A program made the position numbers and the translations under genes. This document shows positions 10,251 to 18,867 of a stretch of 64,000 nucleotides of DNA, one piece after another; position 1 is the first letter of the stretch; each line of letters opens with the position of its first letter. Below the pieces are notes generated by a model that had not been told where the DNA came from, did no database searches, and worked only from the letters and a program-made list of their open reading frames with translations. The stretch is from Nostoc sp. DedSLP01 (lineage in GTDB: Bacteria; Cyanobacteriota; Cyanobacteriia; Cyanobacteriales; Nostocaceae). Location: assembly GCA_034530875.2 (NCBI GenBank), contig JAVRCJ020000019.1, positions 104,410 to 168,409 of the forward strand. The letters run 5' to 3'.

Positions 10251-10499
10251 CTAGATTTGTTGTCTAATTAATACACTTACTACATCGCCTGATTCACCTA
10301 AACTACCTGCTACTACAGGTTTAGACCAAGAACCTACTTCTGCATAACCTGTAGTATGCAACCGATGAATAGTCTTCTTCACTATATTAGGACTACCGAC
10401 TAATATGTGTTTGATCTTTTCTCTGCTTACCGGGATTTGATTGCTGCTGTCATCTTCTAATTTGATAAATTCTTCTGCCATAACGCACCTGTTTAACAT
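10251..10499 (-). CDS. Small conserved cyanobacterial hypothetical protein (paralog of 39944-40237)
   Basis: REKIKHILVGSP...TIHRLHTTGYAEVGSWS...VVSVLIR aligns with the 39944-40237 product. True start may be the MAEEF ATG. Confidence 0.7.
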   Translation of the reverse strand: MLNRCVMAEEFIKLEDDSSNQIPVSREKIKHILVGSPNIVKKTIHRLHTTGYAEVGSWSKPVVAGSLGESGDVVSVLIRQQI

Positions 10500-10506
10500 T
10501 ATCTCT

Positions 10507-10534
10507 AATTTGTTATCATTTATGATAACAAATT
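10507..10534. promoter_or_regulatory. Perfect 13-2-13 palindrome, putative operator between the divergent small ORF and HTH-HNH gene
   Basis: AATTTGTTATCAT-TT-ATGATAACAAATT. A degenerate half-site GTTATCAT recurs at ~10545. Confidence 0.7.
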
Positions 10535-10582
10535 TGGTGTAAAAGTTATCATAAAAGTTAATAAAATTCTGATTGCTATCCT

Positions 10583-11971
10583 GTGATAATGGAAATCATG
10601 GGAAAAGCAGGACAAGCACTCAAACAGGTTTTAGAGTCTTACAACATCAGCCAAAGCCAACTAGCGACAGGTTTAGGTGTTGAGCGTCCGATTGTCTTCC
10701 GTTGGTATCATGAAAAAATTGATCCTACTGCTGAAACTGTTGCAGAAATTGTCAAGGCGTTAAATAAGATTAATCAATCAGCCGCAAATGATTTTATTCA
10801 AGTATATTTAGGAGATTTAATCTTATTTAAAAATTCAATCATCAATCAGGACTTACCACTGTCAGAGAAAGTTAATGTTACAGTTTTATCCCAAATATTT
10901 AACAACATCACTAACTCTTATAAATATCTTTATTTTTTATCAACCTTAGATATTATCAAAAGAAGAAATTTTGATACTTTATCGCCTATTAGCTTTCGAG
11001 AAATTATTGTTGAAATGTTAGCTAATGCTTGGTATCCTCACAATTATTTTAAACTGTCTTTTGGGAAGCAAGACCAAATAGCTAATAAATTAGACGCTCT
11101 TGAACTAGATATTACAGAACCAATTTTAAAGTTTAGAGATCCAAATAAAAAACTTTTGCGTACAGCTATTAATAACCAAAATCTCGATGATATTGTTATT
11201 TCAATTAATCGCTATGTGTCTTATCGTTTAATTCGTCCTTTCTTTTTTCAAGAAACAAGGGGCTTAAAAGATTATGATGTTAATCCCACTATTATTAACT
11301 TAGCCAACAATCAATTTGATACTAAAAAGTCTTTATATTGCTTTAATGCTGAAGACCAGAAAAAGTGTAACGCCATTATTTTACATCCCGATTGGATTCA
11401 GTATTTAGAGGAAAATTATACAATAGTTAGGGGCTGGGCATCTTGGGAATGGTTAAATTATATGCAGCAGAGAAATCCCAGTACCCCTAATGTAGTTAAT
11501 AAATTATTTATGCCACAAGAGAGAGATTCTCTAGGTAATCAAACTAAATATTGGAAAATCATTTTAGATCGTCAAGAGATTGAATGTATTTATTCTAAAT
11601 TTAAATTAAATAAGGATGAAATTTCTTTAGATCATTATTTGCCTTGGTCTTTTGTCGCTCATGACCAATTATGGAATTTAATTCCGACTACAAAATCTGT
11701 GAATTCTTCTAAATCTAATAATTTACCATCAGAAAAATATTTCCGTGACTTTGTATCATTACAACATTTAGGGTTAACCATTTATAAGCAAAATGTTTCT
11801 CAAATAAAATGGTTAAATGATATTGAATCTTTTGTTGCAGAATTGAAAGTTGATCGACCAGATGATTTATTAAATTTAGAAATTCTGATGAATGTTTATA
11901 CAAAAACTATACAACCTTTGATTTCTTTAGCAACTCTCCAAGGTTTTAGCCCTGATTGGGTTTACGTCTAA
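10583..11971 (+). CDS. XRE-type HTH fused to HNH endonuclease (McrA-like modification-dependent nuclease candidate)
   Basis: N-terminal HTH (ALKQVLESYNISQSQLATGLGVERPIVFRWYHEKIDP). C-terminal HNH: CIYS...SLDHYLPWS...DQLWNLIPT...VNSSKSN. Start may be the ATG at 10589 or 10598. Confidence 0.8.
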   Translation: MIMEIMGKAGQALKQVLESYNISQSQLATGLGVERPIVFRWYHEKIDPTAETVAEIVKALNKINQSAANDFIQVYLGDLILFKNSIINQDLPLSEKVNVTVLSQIFNNITNSYKYLYFLSTLDIIKRRNFDTLSPISFREIIVEMLANAWYPHNYFKLSFGKQDQIANKLDALELDITEPILKFRDPNKKLLRTAINNQNLDDIVISINRYVSYRLIRPFFFQETRGLKDYDVNPTIINLANNQFDTKKSLYCFNAEDQKKCNAIILHPDWIQYLEENYTIVRGWASWEWLNYMQQRNPSTPNVVNKLFMPQERDSLGNQTKYWKIILDRQEIECIYSKFKLNKDEISLDHYLPWSFVAHDQLWNLIPTTKSVNSSKSNNLPSEKYFRDFVSLQHLGLTIYKQNVSQIKWLNDIESFVAELKVDRPDDLLNLEILMNVYTKTIQPLISLATLQGFSPDWVYV

Positions 11972-13074
11972 GAAACAATGAACCGACTTTAGTAATTTGG
12001 TTAGCCTATAGCGAAGAACTTTGCGAACAAGCAGTTACAGAATTTCAAAAAGCCTGGGACAGTTTAGGCGATAACTTCGTTAAGCTTCGCTAACGCCCCC
12101 TCTCAACTTACCGCTTTTGGGGCAACCATGAATTAGACTTAGCACAAGCGCAAGATGGCTTAGTAGTAGCAGGATTAGCCAAAGTCTATCACGCCGCCAA
12201 AAAGAGTATTCGCTTTATTAATCAACTGGGTGTGCGTTATTCCTTGGTAATTATCGACGAAGCCCATCAAGCAGTTGCCGAAACTTATAAACTCGTCTTA
12301 GATGCTTTAGTTGTCCCCTACGAAAAAACCGCCTTATTAGGTTTAACCGCCACACCCGGACGGACTTGGGCTGATATTAACACCGATGCACAACTAGCAA
12401 AATTCTTCGCCCAACAGAAAGTTACTTTAGAAATCCCAGGTTATGACAACCCCATTGATTATCTCGTCGATCGCCAATATCTCGCTAAAGTTAACTATCG
12501 CTCATTATTTTACCAAACGGGTATCGAACTAACTCCCCAAGACCTGAAGCGGATTAATACAGAATTAGACATACCCCAATATATCCTCAATCGCTTAGCA
12601 GCAGACGAACAACGCAACCTCCGCATCATCCTCGAACTCGAAGCACTCGCCCAACATCATCAACGCATCATCGTTTTTAATACCTCCGTCGAACACGCCC
12701 GACTCATCGCTGGAATTTTGCGTTTGCGAGGATTTAATGCTGATGCAGTTACAGGTGAAACCCCCAAATCAGACAGAGAACGGCTGATTCAAAGCTTTAA
12801 AGACGAACAGCCGCAAACCAAGATTTTATGTAACTACGGCGTTTTAACCACTGGCTTCGATGCACCCAAAACCAGCGCCGCCGTTATCGCCCGTCCCACC
12901 AAATCCCTTGTCCTCTACAGCCAAATGGTAGGACGCGCCATTCGCGGACTCAAAGCTGGGGGTAACGCTACCGCCGAAATTGTCACGGTTGTGGATAGCC
13001 AACTCCCCGGTTTTGGTTCAGTTGCATCAGCCTTCCACAATTGGGAAGACGTTTGGAGGAAAACCCATGAATAA
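11971..13074 (+). pseudogene. Superfamily II DEAD/DEAH (ResIII-like) helicase, 5'-truncated and with an internal stop
   Basis: The frame from 11971 reads RNNEPTLVIWLAYSEELCEQA (motif Ia), then TAA at 12091-12093, then IIDEAHQ (II), LGLTATPGR (III), LTTGFDAP (V), QMVGRAIRG (VI). No Walker A / motif I and no upstream start. Confidence 0.8.
12073..12093 (+). repeat. 21-nt SDR5-like insertion splitting a HIP1 site
   Basis: GCGAT[aacttcgttaagcttcgctaa]CGC. Removing it restores GCGATCGC and an open helicase frame. Confidence 0.8.
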
Positions 13075-14890
13075 CGCCCATGATATCGTTCCGACTCACC
13101 TCGCCGTCCAAGCCATGCGCGATAACGGTTATAAGAACGCCGCTTATGCGATCGCCGAATTAATGGATAATGCCATTCAAGCTGGTGCATCGCAAGTAGA
13201 ACTGCTGTGTGGCGAACGCAAACAACAGGTGGAGGGGAGGAGGCGATCGCGTATCGAACAAATCGCAGTGTTAGATAATGGTCGTGGTATGGATGCTAAC
13301 GTTTTACGTCTAGCCCTGCAATTTGGCAATGGTACATATTTAGATGAAGACAAACACACCGGAATCGGTCGTTTTGGAATGGGTTTACCGTCTTCGTCTA
13401 TTTCCCAATGTCAGAGAGTTGATGTATGGTCATGGCAAAATGGCATAGAAAATGCACTCCATACTTACCTTGATTTAGATGAAATCAAAAATCGACGGTT
13501 GACAGAAGTACCAGAACCTACGCCTCAACCAATTCCGATGATTTGGAGAAACATCGGTCAGAAATTTGGTGACAACGGCACATTAGTAGTATGGTCAAAA
13601 ATTGACCGTTGTATATGGCGAACCGGAAAAGCAATTATTGATAACTCCGAATTTGTGATTGGGAGAATGTATCGCAAATTTATCAATAGCGGCGAAGTTA
13701 AAATTCGCATGGTGGCGTTTGATTTAGAGGCTTTATATAACCTAATTCTAGAAAAATATGCCTTACCTAATGACCCAGGTTATTTAATAGAAAAAACCTC
13801 ATGCTCTCAACCATTTGATAATCAAGCAATGTTCCGATATTGGGAGGGCGATACATCTTATGAAGCAACTTATAAAATTAATTTTAAAGATAAAGAACAT
13901 GACGTAAAAGTGCGTTTCTCTTATGCGAAAGAAGAAGCACGCCAAGCTGAACCAGGAAAACAACCCGGTAGTTTGCCACACGGACAACATGCAGGTAAAA
14001 ATGTAGGAGTTTCGATTGTACGTGCTGAACGAGAATTAGAATTAGATATAGGAGTAGTTAATGCTTCCGATCCAAGAGAAAGATGGTGGGGAGTAGAAGT
14101 AGAATTTCCACCATCCCTTGATGAGATTTTTGGAGTTACTAATAATAAACAGTCAGCCCGTAATTTCAGTGAACTTCTCAGATTTGATATTGAGTCTTTA
14201 CTAGAGGATGGAAAAACTATTACTCAAATTAAAGAAGAACTTGAAGAAGAAGGAGATCCAAAAAGTTCGCTTTTAATTATTGCTGATAAAATTAATAATC
14301 AAATTAAAATTATTCGTCGTTTGCTGCAAGCACAAACAAAAGGTACTCGTACTAATACTGAAAAACGCCACGACCCCTATAAACCGGAAAAAGTAGCAAC
14401 TACCGTAACTCAAGAACGTAAATCACAGGGTTACAAAGGTCAAAGTGATATAGATGAACAATTACCAAAAGAAGAACGCAAACAAGTTATTAAAGAAACT
14501 TTGAAAGAAGAAGGAGTTACAGAAACCAAGACCGAATTATTAGCAGCAACTACAGTAGATGATGGTTTAAAATATACCTTTGTCGAATCTCCTCTTGATA
14601 CTCCTGCTTTCTTCTCAGTTAAACCCAGAGGAGGAGCAATTATTGTGACATTAAATACTAATCATCCTGCTTATCAAAACTTAGTAGAAATTTTAGAAGA
14701 AGATGTAGATAAAGCTGATATAGATACCTTACGTTCTCGGTTAGTTAACTCTTTGGATGGTTTAAAATTACTATTAATGGCATGGGCAAGATATGAGGAT
14801 GAACAGCCAGATGGTAAACGCAAAGATAATGCTCAAGACACCCGCATTGATTGGGGGAGGGTTGCTAGGAGGTTTTTAGAGAATGAATAG
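13067..14890 (+). CDS. GHKL (MORC-like/HATPase_c) ATPase
   Basis: AMRDNGY..AAYAIAELMDNAIQA (N box), DNGRGM (G1), GRFGMGL (G2), GTLVVW, FGVTNNKQ. ATG 13067 follows GGAGGA and overlaps the helicase stop. Confidence 0.8.
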   Translation: MNNAHDIVPTHLAVQAMRDNGYKNAAYAIAELMDNAIQAGASQVELLCGERKQQVEGRRRSRIEQIAVLDNGRGMDANVLRLALQFGNGTYLDEDKHTGIGRFGMGLPSSSISQCQRVDVWSWQNGIENALHTYLDLDEIKNRRLTEVPEPTPQPIPMIWRNIGQKFGDNGTLVVWSKIDRCIWRTGKAIIDNSEFVIGRMYRKFINSGEVKIRMVAFDLEALYNLILEKYALPNDPGYLIEKTSCSQPFDNQAMFRYWEGDTSYEATYKINFKDKEHDVKVRFSYAKEEARQAEPGKQPGSLPHGQHAGKNVGVSIVRAERELELDIGVVNASDPRERWWGVEVEFPPSLDEIFGVTNNKQSARNFSELLRFDIESLLEDGKTITQIKEELEEEGDPKSSLLIIADKINNQIKIIRRLLQAQTKGTRTNTEKRHDPYKPEKVATTVTQERKSQGYKGQSDIDEQLPKEERKQVIKETLKEEGVTETKTELLAATTVDDGLKYTFVESPLDTPAFFSVKPRGGAIIVTLNTNHPAYQNLVEILEEDVDKADIDTLRSRLVNSLDGLKLLLMAWARYEDEQPDGKRKDNAQDTRIDWGRVARRFLENE

Positions 14891-14899
14891 GATTAAATC

Positions 14900-14992
14900 T
14901 CGCGCAAAGGCGCAAAGACGCAAAGAGGTTAGAGAGTTGTGATGATAATTCTCTGCGTTACTTTGCGTTTCCTTCGCGTTCCTCTGCGTTTA
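14900..14992. repeat. Octamer repeat / inverted repeat (cgcaaagg-type)
   Basis: cgcgcaaaggcgcaaagacgcaaag ... ctctgcgttactttgcgtttccttcgcgttcctctgcg. A related unit sits inside the 58024-58125 element. Confidence 0.55.
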
Positions 14993-14997
14993 AAAAA

Positions 14998-16146
14998 ATG
15001 ACTAACATAATCTACCTAGATTACCACTCAACTACTCCCGTTGACCCCAAAGTAGCCGAGAAAGTCATACACTATATGACTACTGCTTTTGGTAATGCTA
15101 ATAGTGTAGATCATAATTATGGAGATGAAGCAGCAAAAGCAGTTAAACAAGCCCGTCAACAAATAGCCCAATTAATTAATGCCTCTCCCAAAGAAATTAT
15201 CTTTACCTCTGGTGCAACAGAAAGTATTAACTTAGCAATTCAAGGACATATTAATAAACAAAATACTCCTGGTAAAATTATTGTTTCCCCAGTGGAACAC
15301 AAAGCCGTTTTAGATACCTGCAAAGCATTAGCTAAAAAAGGATTGGCGGAAATTATTTGGTTAAAAGTCAATCGACAAGCGCAGATTGATTTAGAACATC
15401 TAGAAAAAGTTTGTGCTGATGGTGCTTCTTTACTCTGCGTGATGGCGGCTAACAATGAAGTCGGGACAATTTACCCAATAGAAAAAATTGGGGCGACCGC
15501 TCAAAAATATCATATCCCTTTCCTATGCGATGCTTCCCAAGCCGTCGGTAAAATTCCCCTCAACTTTCAAGACTGGGGTATTACCTATCTCGCTATTTCC
15601 GGCCATAAATTTTATGCACCTCAAGGTGTTGGTGCGTTAGTAGTCAGAAAAGGTTACCATCTTCAACCACTTATCTATGGTGGCGGACATCAACAGGGAC
15701 TCAGATCCGGTACACTAAATGTCCCCGGAATCGTGGGTTTGGGGGAAGCTTGCAGATTGAGACAATTAGAAATGTCAGCAGATGAAAGTGCGATCGCCAT
15801 TTTGCGAAATCGACTGCAAAACCTCTTGCAATCTGGAATTCCTGGCTTAGTGGTGAATGGAGACTTAAACAACCGTTTATCAGGTAACTTACATATTTCT
15901 ATCCCCGATATTCTCAATAGTGCCATCATTGCTAGAGTCCGCCACCAATTAGCTATCTCTGGTGGTGCAGCTTGTTCGTCAGGTGTGGTTGCACCATCTC
16001 ACGTTTTACAAGCTATGAATCTATCAGACAATATAATTGAAGGAGCATTGAGAATTGGTATTGGCAAATTTACTACCACAGCAGAAATTGAAAAAGTATC
16101 TTCTCTGCTCATCAATACAGTAAATCAAATTCGTAAAATCGTCTAA
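14998..16146 (+). CDS. Cysteine desulfurase (IscS family; SspA/DndA-like by context)
   Basis: IYLDYHSTTP, FTSGATES, EHKAV, ANNEVG, SGHK (PLP Lys), RSGTLNV and catalytic GAACSSG. Confidence 0.9.
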   Translation: MTNIIYLDYHSTTPVDPKVAEKVIHYMTTAFGNANSVDHNYGDEAAKAVKQARQQIAQLINASPKEIIFTSGATESINLAIQGHINKQNTPGKIIVSPVEHKAVLDTCKALAKKGLAEIIWLKVNRQAQIDLEHLEKVCADGASLLCVMAANNEVGTIYPIEKIGATAQKYHIPFLCDASQAVGKIPLNFQDWGITYLAISGHKFYAPQGVGALVVRKGYHLQPLIYGGGHQQGLRSGTLNVPGIVGLGEACRLRQLEMSADESAIAILRNRLQNLLQSGIPGLVVNGDLNNRLSGNLHISIPDILNSAIIARVRHQLAISGGAACSSGVVAPSHVLQAMNLSDNIIEGALRIGIGKFTTTAEIEKVSSLLINTVNQIRKIV

Positions 16147-16203
16147 AAATATACAAAAAACAAATTATTATTCAGTTGGCTTCCATATCTATAGGAGAGT
16201 TTT

Positions 16204-16389
16204 ATGAATCGTTCAAAATTAGTTGCCATTCTGACAGGTGCGATTTCTATTATTTTAGCGATCGCCTACCTCATCCTGGTTCAACTGCTGGACTACCGGG
16301 ACATGAAACCTGCCCCCATCAGCCAATTCGACCAAACACCTATGATGATTTCTAGTTTTTGGCAGATTGACAAAATTGCACAAATATAA
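16204..16389 (+). CDS. Small membrane hypothetical protein
   Basis: GGAGAG SD upstream; one hydrophobic helix followed by LLDYR.MKPAP. Confidence 0.65.
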   Translation: MNRSKLVAILTGAISIILAIAYLILVQLLDYRDMKPAPISQFDQTPMMISSFWQIDKIAQI

Positions 16390-16407
16390 TTCATATTTAG
16401 CCAACCT

Positions 16408-16431
16408 GTAGAGACGCGATTCATCGCGTCT
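16408..16431. repeat. GTAG-type REP-like palindrome
   Basis: gtagagacgcgattcatcgcgtct. Same family as 37060-37436 (interrupted) and related to 48844-48872. Confidence 0.7.
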
Positions 16432-16496
16432 TTTGCCATTTTATTGATGCGATTCATCATCTCTGTTGATTTATGGCGGTTCTCGTTGAAATATCT

Positions 16497-16543
16497 ATTA
16501 AAGAGGGGCGCACAGTTTAGTTAGCTGTGTGCCTCTCTTTAAT
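16497..16543. terminator. Stem-loop (terminator or REP-like)
   Basis: attaaagaggggcgcacag...ctgtgtgcctctctttaat inverted repeat. Confidence 0.5.
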
Positions 16544-16697
16544 ATAAATAGATAAAACCAATGATATAGCAACAGCCAACGTGGTTAGGACATTAACAGA
16601 TGATAAAACTTAGACACAACAAGACTTTTCGCCCAGTCCCCAGTTACTAGTCCCCAGTCCCTTACTATAGCTATCGGTTAATGCCACATCTAAATTC

Positions 16698-16713
16698 ATA
16701 GATAAAAAACAAT
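16698..16713. promoter_or_regulatory. Possible LysR (NdhR/CcmR) box upstream of ndhF3
   Basis: ATAG-N8-CAAT, one mismatch from ATAG-N8-CTAT, upstream of a low-CO2-inducible operon. AT-rich context weakens the call. Confidence 0.35.
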
Positions 16714-16940
16714 AGCTATTATTTATGTAATAAATGGTAAACATATAAGATTTAGTTACCTTAATTATCTTAGATTTATTTAAGTAAAGTAATTCCATTT
16801 GGACGCAGATAACGGTAAGCTGTTTTTAACAAAATTAAATAAATATAAATTCGCATGATTGGCGAATGCTAAATTTACAGGGATCAACGCAAGTTGGTTC
16901 CGAACGCCAAAATTTTGATGAAATATATAGAGGTTTATTG

Positions 16941-18800
16941 ATGGCTCAGTTTCTACTAGAGACTGTTTGGCTAGTTCCTTGCTATGCCTTAATAGGTGGA
17001 TTGTTAGCGGTACCTTGGTCGCCGGGGATAATTCGCAAAACAGGCCCAAGGCCGGCAGGCTATGTCAACTTGATAATGACATTTTTCGCTTTTGTACATA
17101 GTGTAATTGCCTTACAAGCAACTTGGAATTATCCTCCCCAAGAAGTATTTATCCCTTGGTTATCTACCGCAGGTTTAGATTTGACTATCGCCCTAGACAT
17201 ATCTTCTATTAGTGTCGGCGCTTTAGTCGTAATTACTGGTTTGAATTTGCTGGCGCAGATTTATGCCATTGGCTACATGGAAATGGATTGGGGCTGGGGA
17301 CGCTTCTATTCCTTATTGGGATTATTTGAAGCGGGACTTTGTGCCCTGGCTTTATGTAATAACTTGTTCTTCAGCTATGTAATTTTGGAAATCCTAACGC
17401 TGGGAACTTACCTGTTAGTCGGCTTATGGTTTAGCCAACCTTTGGTAGTCACAGGTGCAAGAGACGCTTTCTTAACCAAACGGGTGGGAGACTTATTCTT
17501 GCTGATAGGTGTGTTGGGGTTATGGCCTCTAGCTGGAACTTGGAATTACACAGAGTTAGCTGAGTGGGCGGCTACAGCCAACGTCAACCCAACAGTAATT
17601 ACATTGGTGAGTTTAGCTTTAATTGCCGGGCCGATGGGTAAATGCGCTCAGTTTCCGTTGCATCTATGGTTGGATGAGGCGATGGAAGGCCCTGTTCCCA
17701 GTACGATTTTGCGGAACTCGGTAGTAGTTGCTAGTGGTGCATGGGTGTTGATTAAACTGCAACCTGTGTTAAGTCTATCACCCATAGTTTCCTCAGCAAT
17801 GGTAGCGATTGGTGCGGTTACAGCGCTTGGTGCTTCGTTAATTGCGATCGCTCAAATCGATATGAAACGCTGTCAATCCTATTCTGTCAGCGCATACATG
17901 GGTTTAGTATTCATCGCTGTAGGGGTGCAACAAGATGAAGCTGCACTATTGTTAGTCCTTACCCACGCCATCTCCGCAGCATTGTTGGTAATGAGTACTG
18001 GCGGAATTATCTGGAATAGCATCACCCAAGACGTAACTCAAATGGGTGGACTGTGGAAACGCCGCCCAATTTCCGGAATCGCCTTTATCATTGGCAGTTT
18101 GGGGTTAATTGGTTGTCCACCATTGGGTAGCTTCTGGGCGCTGATGGAATTGGCTGATGACTTATGGGTAACCCAACCTTGGTTAGTGGGAGTATTAATC
18201 GCCGTAAATGCTTTGACAGCCGTAAGTTTAACGAGAGAATTCGCTTTACTTTTTGGCGGTAAACCCAGACAAATGACCGAGCGATCGCCTGAAGCTCACT
18301 GGCCGATGGTTCTGCCGATGATGATTCTACTTGGCTTTAGTCTGCATCTTCCTATCATTTTGCAAAACTTATCACTTTTACCAGATTGGCTAAGCCTAAA
18401 TAAAGACGTTGCACTACTTTTAAATTGGTCGAGTCTTTTTGGTTGCGCTATCACTGGTGTGATTTATTTCAGCAATATTCCCAAACCAATTCGTTTACCT
18501 TGGAAAGGTTTACAAGACTTAATCGCCTACGATTTTTATACCCCCAATATCTATCGGATGACGATTATTTTCACCGTTGCCCAAATTTCTCAATTAGCCG
18601 ATATGATTGACCGCTTCGTAGTCGATGGCATTGTGAATTTTGTCGGTTTATTTTCCCTATTGGGTGGCGAAAGTTTGAAATACAGTACCTCAGGACAAAC
18701 TCAGTTTTATGCCTTCACGGTACTTTTAGGAGTGAGTGTTTTAGGAATGTGGATAACTTGGCCATTTTGGGGAATACAGTTTTTAGATATGATTTTCTAA
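16941..18800 (+). CDS. ndhF3: NDH-1 subunit F3 (inducible CO2 uptake)
   Basis: MAQFLLETVWLVP, RKTGPRPAGY, GYMEMDWGWGRF, GKCAQFPLHLWLDEAMEGP; in an operon with cupA. ATG 16941 follows GAGG. Confidence 0.92.
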   Translation: MAQFLLETVWLVPCYALIGGLLAVPWSPGIIRKTGPRPAGYVNLIMTFFAFVHSVIALQATWNYPPQEVFIPWLSTAGLDLTIALDISSISVGALVVITGLNLLAQIYAIGYMEMDWGWGRFYSLLGLFEAGLCALALCNNLFFSYVILEILTLGTYLLVGLWFSQPLVVTGARDAFLTKRVGDLFLLIGVLGLWPLAGTWNYTELAEWAATANVNPTVITLVSLALIAGPMGKCAQFPLHLWLDEAMEGPVPSTILRNSVVVASGAWVLIKLQPVLSLSPIVSSAMVAIGAVTALGASLIAIAQIDMKRCQSYSVSAYMGLVFIAVGVQQDEAALLLVLTHAISAALLVMSTGGIIWNSITQDVTQMGGLWKRRPISGIAFIIGSLGLIGCPPLGSFWALMELADDLWVTQPWLVGVLIAVNALTAVSLTREFALLFGGKPRQMTERSPEAHWPMVLPMMILLGFSLHLPIILQNLSLLPDWLSLNKDVALLLNWSSLFGCAITGVIYFSNIPKPIRLPWKGLQDLIAYDFYTPNIYRMTIIFTVAQISQLADMIDRFVVDGIVNFVGLFSLLGGESLKYSTSGQTQFYAFTVLLGVSVLGMWITWPFWGIQFLDMIF

Positions 18801-18867
18801 AGTTCCATATTTGGCTAGTTAATACTCGTTTTTTACAACCTGATTTTAATAGTGTGAGGAGGATTTT

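Noticed and set aside
9992..10267. 91-aa ORF
   Set aside because: It consists entirely of MITE, REP and SDR sequence.
12980..13066. N-terminal extension of the MORC ATPase
   Set aside because: It overlaps the helicase C-terminus; ATG 13067 has a strong GGAGGA SD.
12232..13074. Intact 280-aa stand-alone helicase, as given in the ORF track
   Set aside because: Homologous coding sequence continues upstream through a stop codon and motif I is missing, so it is treated as a pseudogene fragment.
3926..16450. Integrative element/prophage with attL-attR at tRNA-Pro
   Set aside because: No integrase ORF, and I found no duplicate of the tRNA 3' end at the right side of the island. Only the position suggests past integration.
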